This document shows, piece after piece, positions 60,801-64,000 of a DNA stretch of 64,000 bases. The notes under the pieces are model-generated. The model searched no databases. It was not told the origin of the DNA and worked only from the letters and a program-made list of their open reading frames with translations. Source of the stretch: Ascidiella aspersa (Eukaryota); the NCBI GenBank assembly GCA_963924565.1, contig OZ004608.1, positions 16,492,001 to 16,556,000 on the forward strand. Direction: 5' to 3'. Position 1 is the first letter of the stretch. Every line of letters starts with the position of its first letter. The translations under genes and the position numbers were made by a program.

Positions 60801-63239
60801 TTATCAAAGACTCTCTTTAGGTTTCACGGAGTAACCTAGTTTAGATTGTAAATTTCTATTACGCTATATATTTTTGTTAATACAGGGAATCACAAATCCT
60901 ATAAACTACCTCAGACCAAATTATATAGCTTTATTTCAGTAGACAAGGTCAATATTAGGCCTACTTAAGCATAGTACAAATAATGGCCTCGGCGCACCTC
61001 TGGCAAAATTAAACTCCACTTACATCAGTTAGCTTTGCTGACAATTGCTACATTAAAACATCAAAGTCTTTGTTCTCGCCGAAAACAACTCCTGGATTGG
61101 AACAACGAAACGGCCGCGTTACATAACACGGGGAAGGTAGGGCGCAAAAACATAGCGTTTGTCGGAAAATGATCACAGACCTATCACTAATGAGTTAACA
61201 AACTTACTTGGCTTTTTCATAACAGAACTAATTACACTGTTTTTAAACAAAAGAGTCGGTAATTGATGTTCAGCAATTACGCGAACTCTCCACGAATATT
61301 CGCACCGTTGTGCTTTTGTGTCTGGGTCGATTCACACTTAAATTATACAGAAAAGCCATAGCGGATATGTTAGGCTGAAACCCTGCGAGCTGACATAATA
61401 TTTGCATTAATGAGGTTGATTACGGCTTGTCCGAACTTTTTCTGCTTTGCCCATCAGGATTCCTGTATCTCAAATATGTTTATTGTTTACCTTACGTCGC
61501 AGGTTTGGAGCGCAAGTCGTTTGACAATAAAACGGTGTCGTTCGAGACGCACGTGAGCGACGAGCACAACATGTGGCACTACCTCTACTTCATTGTGCTC
61601 GTCAAGGTCAAAGATTCGACCGAGTTCACCGGGCCCGAGAGCTACGTCTACAACCAGGTCAAGGTTGGTGACCCCACACTTTTAAAGCCTTCAGTTTGGT
61701 GCCGTGGAATTTCACACTAGAGTTGTTTTGTATTGGCTTGGTCAACTGGATTTCACTGAGAGTAATAATCTTAAAACATACTTGATTTTTCCAAAAAGCA
61801 CTGCCATTTTATCATGTTTTTTTCGCAAACGGCACCTGTTTTGATTCTATAGCCTTGGTGTTGTGATATCAACCCAGGATCCGGTAGTAAACATGTCCTG
61901 TTGTGTAAACACGAAATTGTGTATTGACTATTGACTATTGTAAAGATACGTCGACGATTGGCGAGTTTTCTTAGCATATATTTGCCTAGAATTATCGACC
62001 CGGTAACGCCGGTTCGAATATCTAATCGCACCATAAATGTCATAGACCGAGGCGACCTTATTTTTGAAGGTCGCACAGCCCAATCACGAACAATAATTGG
62101 TAATTTTAAATGTCAGTTTACCTGGTCTTCATTGTTTTAAATACAAAGCGTGACTTGATGTTTTTGGCAACCTTATTTGATATTTGTTTCTGCATTTCCA
62201 GAAAAATATCCTGTCTTAAATAAAATTATAATTCGGGGATAAACTTATGCGGTTTAAATTATAATTGTTTACTTCTGTTTCGCTAAAACTTCTTATTCGG
62301 GAAAGCGAACTCTCTAATAAAGCTAGACCAATAATATATGTTATACCCTTTTAATCGAGATATTTAGTTCAGTCAACGCCTGTGCGAGTAACTAACGGTA
62401 GCTAAAGGAAATCTAGTAATCAAGCCTGCACAACATGCGGCCCGCGCAACTTTTTATGGTGGCTTTTGGGCGTCCCAAGATGTAATAACATTTTCCCATT
62501 TGTGACACTACTTTTGTTTTAAATCAGTACCTGCTTGTGTGTTAGGCGATCACACATTTTGCTGTAACTGGCTAGAAACCACAAGCGCGTAGTAAAGTCA
62601 TGCGTACAATAGTTAAATCGACTATAAGCGTATATCAATTTATTGATAGAAAATCTGTTCAGCCCAAAAGCGCTATGCACACTATCACTATAGAATGTTA
62701 CACCATGTGACTCATAAACTCAATTTCTGTTAAATTAGACTAGAAATGCGAGCAATGTGCTACTGTCTTTTATGTGTCTTATGTGGCACGTATTGAATTA
62801 AAACCAAATATAAACCATTTTTTGCGCGAATGTAATGAATTTCAGTTTCGTCTTTGCGCACGAGATCGCTCGAGCATATCATATTCGCGGTACAATGGAT
62901 ATATCAACTTTAGTATGGGCCCGCGTTGTTTTTCAAGTTGAACCACACATCTAGTTTAAAGATTATTTCGCACCATAGTTGTAATTTGGGGCACAGTTAT
63001 TCTATAGCAATGGGCATATATAGAGTTAAATGTTTATTTCACTGTTGGTTGATCGAGCAATGTTACCTAATTTTTTTGTCGGAATTAATTAGGAAGGTCA
63101 GCTGGAGTGGTTTCCGCGCATGCAGGCGATGTCGTTGGCGGCCCAGGACGAGGCTGTGGAGAACAACGATATGAGAAGTCTGCTGCTGCAACTCGACAAC
63201 ACTTCCAACCTGGTGGTAACCCTGTCGCGTCAGTTGCAG
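3769..63239 (+). CDS. ITPR: Inositol 1,4,5-trisphosphate receptor, multi-exon gene, 3' end outside window
   Basis: Exons splice in consistent phase from [10 protein letters not shown] through the IP3-binding motifs ([20 protein letters not shown]), RIH domains, GGLGLLG, TM region, GGGIGD filter, CFIC..H..H zinc finger to [10 protein letters not shown]. Confidence 0.98.
4056..4126 (+). CDS. ITPR: ITPR exon 2
   Basis: [23 protein letters not shown]; AG/GT. Confidence 0.93.
4341..4456 (+). CDS. ITPR: ITPR exon 3
   Basis: [20 protein letters not shown]...KRLQ. Confidence 0.93.
4528..4637 (+). CDS. ITPR: ITPR exon 4
   Basis: [19 protein letters not shown]...QLLHLKSNK. Confidence 0.93.
4785..4920 (+). 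CDS. ITPR: ITPR exon 5
   Basis: [19 protein letters not shown]...KLRSTGDN. Confidence 0.93.
5113..5276 (+). CDS. ITPR: ITPR exon 6
   Basis: [21 protein letters not shown]...[10 protein letters not shown]. Confidence 0.92.
5656..5821 (+). CDS. ITPR: ITPR exon 7 (IP3-binding RTTGR)
   Basis: [19 protein letters not shown]...[23 protein letters not shown]. Confidence 0.94.
6330..6425 (+). CDS. ITPR: ITPR exon 8
   Basis: [32 protein letters not shown]. Confidence 0.93.
7144..7504. mobile_element. hAT-type MITE
   Basis: TIRs CAGTGGCGTATCTAG...CTAGATACGCCCCTG; perfect 8-bp TSD GTGTGACC (7136-7143, 7505-7512). Confidence 0.88.
7795..8607. mobile_element. hAT/Charlie-like MITE
   Basis: Inverted ends GGTTGGCAACTGTTTTCTAGT / ACTAGGAAACAGTTGCCAACCCCTG; TSD not clear. 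Confidence 0.6.
8700..9135. repeat. Foldback/MITE-like long imperfect inverted repeat
   Basis: GCGATTCATTTAAAACAGGGACTG (8742) is near reverse-complementary to CAGTCGCTGTTTTAAATGAATCGC (9068); arms about 120 bp with internal repeats. Confidence 0.65.
9243..9383 (+). CDS. ITPR: ITPR candidate cassette exon at SI position (47 aa, Ser-rich)
   Basis: tag|GAT..CAG|gtttgg, phase 0-0, open: [47 protein letters not shown]. Confidence 0.65.
10647..10768 (+). CDS. ITPR: ITPR exon 10
   Basis: MVDSENGG...[13 protein letters not shown]; phase 0-2, joins SIFELDPT. Confidence 0.85.
12025..12181 (+). CDS. ITPR: ITPR exon 11
   Basis: SIFELDPT...[17 protein letters not shown]...PVMLK. Confidence 0.94.
13031..13191 (+). 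CDS. ITPR: ITPR exon 12
   Basis: [16 protein letters not shown]...[15 protein letters not shown]...NERR. Confidence 0.94.
14067..14226 (+). CDS. ITPR: ITPR exon 13 (RERQKLLRE)
   Basis: [13 protein letters not shown]...[23 protein letters not shown]. Confidence 0.94.
14628..14768 (+). CDS. ITPR: ITPR exon 14 (DYRKNQ)
   Basis: [17 protein letters not shown]...[17 protein letters not shown]. Confidence 0.94.
15319..15491 (+). CDS. ITPR: ITPR exon 15
   Basis: [15 protein letters not shown]...[17 protein letters not shown]...REPR. Confidence 0.94.
16825..16944 (+). CDS. ITPR: ITPR exon 16
   Basis: [10 protein letters not shown]...TQELIC...DILIETK. Confidence 0.93.
17121..17585. mobile_element. 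hAT/Charlie-like MITE (degenerate)
   Basis: Ends CAGTGATTCTCAAA...TTGGCACCTCTG; imperfect 8-bp flanks TTTCAGAG/TTCTAGAG. Confidence 0.55.
17978..18109 (+). CDS. ITPR: ITPR exon 17
   Basis: [15 protein letters not shown]...[15 protein letters not shown]. Confidence 0.88.
18121..18261 (-). mobile_element. Penelope-like element pseudo-LTR copy (diverged; hammerhead core CTAAAGA)
   Basis: Similar over ~140 bp to 30199-30342. Confidence 0.8.
18719..18866 (+). CDS. ITPR: ITPR exon 18
   Basis: [18 protein letters not shown]...DLRASFVQ. Confidence 0.93.
19468..19571 (+). CDS. ITPR: ITPR exon 19
   Basis: [27 protein letters not shown]. Confidence 0.93.
21266..21401 (+). CDS. ITPR: ITPR exon 20
   Basis: YDDLESRR...TMQFVRGYL...ENKLTYE. 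Confidence 0.9.
23517..23670 (+). CDS. ITPR: ITPR exon 21
   Basis: [32 protein letters not shown]. Confidence 0.92.
24095..24294 (+). CDS. ITPR: ITPR exon 22
   Basis: [10 protein letters not shown]...[13 protein letters not shown]. Confidence 0.9.
24441..24595 (+). mobile_element. Penelope-like pseudo-LTR copy, sense, hammerhead deleted
   Basis: Matches 30607-30778, but GATACAAGCTCGTATCGAAACGTC is reduced to GATACAAACGTC. Confidence 0.82.
24673..24844 (+). CDS. ITPR: ITPR exon 23
   Basis: [24 protein letters not shown]. Confidence 0.92.
25295..25524 (+). CDS. ITPR: ITPR exon 24
   Basis: [45 protein letters not shown]. Confidence 0.93.
26260..26454 (+). CDS. ITPR: ITPR exon 25
   Basis: VQLLVT...[18 protein letters not shown]. 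Confidence 0.93.
27251..27313 (+). CDS. ITPR: ITPR candidate 63-nt cassette exon
   Basis: cgcag|GGT...AGC|gtgagt, phase 0-0, [21 protein letters not shown]. Confidence 0.6.
28256..28354 (+). CDS. ITPR: ITPR exon 27
   Basis: [10 protein letters not shown]...[12 protein letters not shown] (cf. SSYNYRVVKE); AAG acceptor, start less certain. Confidence 0.8.
29294..29410 (+). CDS. ITPR: ITPR exon 28
   Basis: [10 protein letters not shown]...[19 protein letters not shown]. Confidence 0.93.
29618..29758 (+). CDS. ITPR: ITPR exon 29
   Basis: ISYDR...[30 protein letters not shown]. Confidence 0.93.
29937..30036 (+). CDS. ITPR: ITPR exon 30
   Basis: [30 protein letters not shown]. Confidence 0.93.
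30199..30778 (+). mobile_element. 5'-truncated Penelope-like retroelement: inverted pseudo-LTR + GIY-YIG endonuclease C-terminus + pseudo-LTR
   Basis: 30350-30562 reads [28 protein letters not shown]...[30 protein letters not shown], typical of the PLE endonuclease end; ~140-bp inverted copies at 30199-30342 and 30607-30750; 14-bp TSD ACATACAGTAACTA. Confidence 0.88.
30252..30293 (-). ncRNA. Minimal type I hammerhead ribozyme (intact core)
   Basis: Minus strand ATTAA-CTGAAGA-T-GATAC aagctc GTATC-GAAAC-GTC-TCAAT: CUGANGA and GAAA boxes, stem II, GUC cleavage triplet. Confidence 0.75.
31121..31245 (+). CDS. ITPR: ITPR exon 31
   Basis: [17 protein letters not shown]...[16 protein letters not shown]. 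Confidence 0.92.
31482..31644 (+). CDS. ITPR: ITPR exon 32
   Basis: [11 protein letters not shown]...[10 protein letters not shown]. Confidence 0.93.
32101..32177 (+). CDS. ITPR: ITPR exon 33
   Basis: [26 protein letters not shown]. Confidence 0.94.
32760..32915 (+). CDS. ITPR: ITPR exon 34
   Basis: [34 protein letters not shown]. Confidence 0.93.
33381..33506 (+). CDS. ITPR: ITPR exon 35
   Basis: VRSETPD...[21 protein letters not shown]. Confidence 0.9.
33908..34028 (+). CDS. ITPR: ITPR exon 36 (ends phase 1)
   Basis: [13 protein letters not shown]...[11 protein letters not shown]. Confidence 0.9.
34652..34726 (+). CDS. ITPR: ITPR alternative exon 37a (3' end uncertain)
   Basis: ttgcag| phase 1, [21 protein letters not shown](VKIL), resembles AKSRAIAIPVDL; donor could be after 34713 or 34726. 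Confidence 0.55.
35674..35825 (+). CDS. ITPR: ITPR mutually exclusive exon 37b (KRDS site)
   Basis: Phase 1-0, [20 protein letters not shown]...[12 protein letters not shown], donor gtaatt. Confidence 0.85.
37706..37848 (+). CDS. ITPR: ITPR mutually exclusive exon 37c
   Basis: ttgtag| phase 1-0, [17 protein letters not shown]...[24 protein letters not shown]-rich island, donor gtttga. Confidence 0.75.
39093..39271 (+). CDS. ITPR: ITPR exon 38 (starts phase 0)
   Basis: [13 protein letters not shown]...[24 protein letters not shown]...GGFISK. Confidence 0.94.
39665..39776 (+). CDS. ITPR: ITPR exon 39
   Basis: [28 protein letters not shown]. Confidence 0.94.
40081..40473. mobile_element. hAT-type MITE
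   Basis: TIR CATAGGCGCCGAA...TTCGGCGCCTATG; TSD ATTGAACC/ATTGCACC; a partial copy of one end starts at ~24888. Confidence 0.85.
40699..40734 (+). CDS. ITPR: ITPR candidate 36-nt cassette exon (SII region)
   Basis: ttttag|AGC...GAG|gttaat, phase 0-0, [12 protein letters not shown]. Confidence 0.6.
41986..42033 (+). CDS. ITPR: ITPR 48-nt cassette exon (SIIC-like)
   Basis: tccag|GAA...CGG|gtaggt, [16 protein letters not shown], like vertebrate ..LEDHKR before GEALRQ. Confidence 0.72.
42286..42398 (+). CDS. ITPR: ITPR exon 42
   Basis: [14 protein letters not shown]...AQRESSSS. Confidence 0.9.
43135..43306 (+). CDS. ITPR: ITPR exon 43
   Basis: [18 protein letters not shown]...[16 protein letters not shown]. 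Confidence 0.93.
43338..43358. repeat. (CA)n microsatellite
   Basis: About 10 consecutive CA units. Confidence 0.85.
43778..43895 (+). CDS. ITPR: ITPR exon 44
   Basis: [31 protein letters not shown]. Confidence 0.9.
44408..44490 (+). CDS. ITPR: ITPR exon 45
   Basis: [13 protein letters not shown]...GSLRK; phase 1-0, needed to restore frame. Confidence 0.8.
44765..44779 (+). CDS. ITPR: ITPR 15-nt microexon (ELTMP)
   Basis: ttatag|GAACTGACGATGCCA|gtatag, phase 0-0; gives an ungapped register with vertebrate EPTTQITEEV..TRKAF. Confidence 0.55.
44869..44995 (+). CDS. ITPR: ITPR exon 47 (alternative donor after 44980)
   Basis: [20 protein letters not shown]...; both donors phase 1. Confidence 0.82.
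45077..45192 (+). CDS. ITPR: ITPR exon 48
   Basis: [27 protein letters not shown]. Confidence 0.93.
46071..46271 (+). CDS. ITPR: ITPR exon 49 (GGLGLLG; TEYCQGPC)
   Basis: [35 protein letters not shown]...[13 protein letters not shown]. Confidence 0.95.
46582..46692 (+). CDS. ITPR: ITPR exon 50
   Basis: [35 protein letters not shown]. Confidence 0.94.
46940..47065 (+). CDS. ITPR: ITPR exon 51 (Ca2+-sensor AIMESR)
   Basis: [24 protein letters not shown]. Confidence 0.95.
47591..48301. mobile_element. hAT-type MITE (TAGGG termini)
   Basis: Perfect 20-bp TIR TAGGGCGATTATTTTTTGAC; 8-bp TSD CTGATCAG on both sides. Confidence 0.9.
48422..48601 (-). mobile_element. Penelope-like pseudo-LTR insertion (hammerhead core CTGAAAA)
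   Basis: Same repeat as 30199-30342 plus tail TCCGTGCATAGTGTACC; 12-bp TSD ACTAACTCATCT. Confidence 0.85.
48648..48902 (+). CDS. ITPR: ITPR exon 52
   Basis: [21 protein letters not shown]...[13 protein letters not shown]. Confidence 0.92.
49953..50145 (+). CDS. ITPR: ITPR exon 53
   Basis: [16 protein letters not shown]...DQGSKV..FF...EMVWQKKLR. Confidence 0.94.
50813..50938 (+). CDS. ITPR: ITPR exon 54 (TM1)
   Basis: [32 protein letters not shown]. Confidence 0.9.
51278..51441 (+). CDS. ITPR: ITPR exon 55 (TM region)
   Basis: [14 protein letters not shown]...[14 protein letters not shown]. Confidence 0.88.
51562..55348. mobile_element. Non-autonomous CACTA/EnSpm-like DNA transposon
   Basis: Termini CACTGTCA...TGACAGTG flanked by TA/TA; dense AAACAC/GTGTTT subterminal repeats at both ends; no transposase ORF. 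Confidence 0.72.
52757..53121. mobile_element. hAT/Charlie MITE nested in the CACTA-like element
   Basis: CAAGGGCGGGCAAC...GTTGCTCCCGCCCCTG; perfect TSD CTGTAACT. Confidence 0.85.
55814..55978 (+). CDS. ITPR: ITPR exon 56 (TM region)
   Basis: [16 protein letters not shown]...[25 protein letters not shown]. Confidence 0.9.
56340..56458 (+). CDS. ITPR: ITPR exon 57 (S4-S5 linker, TM5)
   Basis: [40 protein letters not shown]. Confidence 0.94.
56861..57024 (+). CDS. ITPR: ITPR exon 58 (luminal loop)
   Basis: [19 protein letters not shown]... Confidence 0.9.
57808..58043 (+). CDS. ITPR: ITPR exon 59 (pore helix, GGGIGD)
   Basis: [33 protein letters not shown]. Confidence 0.94.
59469..59725. 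mobile_element. Penelope-like pseudo-LTR insertion (inverted copy + truncated sense copy)
   Basis: 59469-59608 antisense copy, 59641-59725 sense copy; 12-bp TSD AAGAAGGGTATT. Confidence 0.85.
59518..59559 (-). ncRNA. Minimal type I hammerhead ribozyme (intact core)
   Basis: Minus strand ATTAA-CTGAAGA-T-GATAT aaactc GTATC-GAAAC-GTC-TTAAT. Confidence 0.75.
59771..60164. mobile_element. hAT/Charlie MITE
   Basis: CAGTAGTTCCCAG...TTGGGAACCACTG; TSD CCCTAGCA/CCCTAGGA. Confidence 0.8.
60318..60486 (+). CDS. ITPR: ITPR exon 60 (TM6, gate)
   Basis: [49 protein letters not shown]. Confidence 0.95.
61503..61663 (+). CDS. ITPR: ITPR exon 61
   Basis: [30 protein letters not shown]...[10 protein letters not shown]. 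Confidence 0.95.
63093..63239 (+). CDS. ITPR: ITPR exon 62 (C-terminal helix; last exon seen)
   Basis: [13 protein letters not shown]...[25 protein letters not shown]|gtaaga. Confidence 0.93.
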
Positions 63240-64000
63240 GTAAGAAGTGTTATAACAACACAAGTATTACCCGAATACCTCTTTGTTTTTACCTGTTTTA
63301 GCGTTGTTTCAATTTACCGAAAAGAGCAAAGAGTAAGGAACCTTTTTTTGGATGTATTTGCATGAGAGCAAAATTTTTTTTTTCAAATATTTTTAGCGTC
63401 TAGTTGTGAGTGGCAAAAATTGTGATTTTAATAGGGGCGTTTATTTTGTTCATGTTTAAAAAGCAGAACATATAAGGCCTGAATAAAAGCAATTGCTAAG
63501 TTAACAAAACTTTTATTTCAGTGCCTTGGTGCGCACAGGAAACCGGGTAAATTATACTAAAAAGAAAAGTTAGATTTGCGCGAAGCTTGAACAAAATTAG
63601 TATTACATGATTCAAATAGAAAAACAGTTGCAGTTTGATTTGTACCAAGTGGTAAAAAAATGATAGCTTAAATTTATCTGAACGCCAGGTTTCATCATCA
63701 AAACAGCCATATACCGACCGCTCGGCAAGAGTAATCCTTTTTTTAAATTTTAACCGACATAACCCGAATATTTGGAGGTATACATGTAAATAAGATTGAG
63801 TTGCCGCCAAGTTATTTTACTTACAGCAACAACGTTTGTTGGGCACGCGAGGGTATTCCCTGGTCACGATTGGCGGTCGTTTGGGGGCGTTTTTCGAGCG
63901 AACATAAACATTCCATATAAAACTTATTCAGTTGATGAAACAATAATATTATTATTATTTTTGTTAATATCGGGATCTAAGCCTACTCCGACATTTCTAG

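Noticed and set aside
63827-63908. Possible terminal ITPR exon QQRLLGTRG...*
   Set aside because: Does not match the expected ELKxQMTEQRK tail; the true last exon is probably beyond the window

Overview
Eukaryotic, intron-rich, AT-rich animal DNA. It is probably from an invertebrate chordate such as an ascidian; this is an inference from the vertebrate-like IP3R sequence, degenerate splice sites and mosaic CpG content. Nearly the whole window (3769 to >63239, + strand) is one inositol 1,4,5-trisphosphate receptor gene (ITPR). I traced about 62 coding-exon positions by hand with consistent splice phases; the final exon(s) appear to lie beyond the window. An intronless G-protein gamma ORF (3001-3210) ends only ~560 bp upstream on the same strand, an operon-like arrangement. 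Main observations: (1) paralogous, phase-incompatible (mutually exclusive) exons at the region carrying the IP3R1 RRDS PKA site, only one of which keeps the site; (2) SI- and SII-like cassette exons and a 15-nt microexon, the cassettes near TGCATG motifs; (3) five intronic Penelope-like element remnants (seven repeat copies) carrying a minimal hammerhead ribozyme, with all sense-oriented copies disabled; (4) a sharp CpG/GC3 boundary inside the gene at ~11.15 kb. Introns also hold many hAT MITEs, a 3.8-kb CACTA/EnSpm-like element, and there is a LINE RT fragment upstream of the genes. All comparisons to vertebrate proteins are from memory, not from a search.
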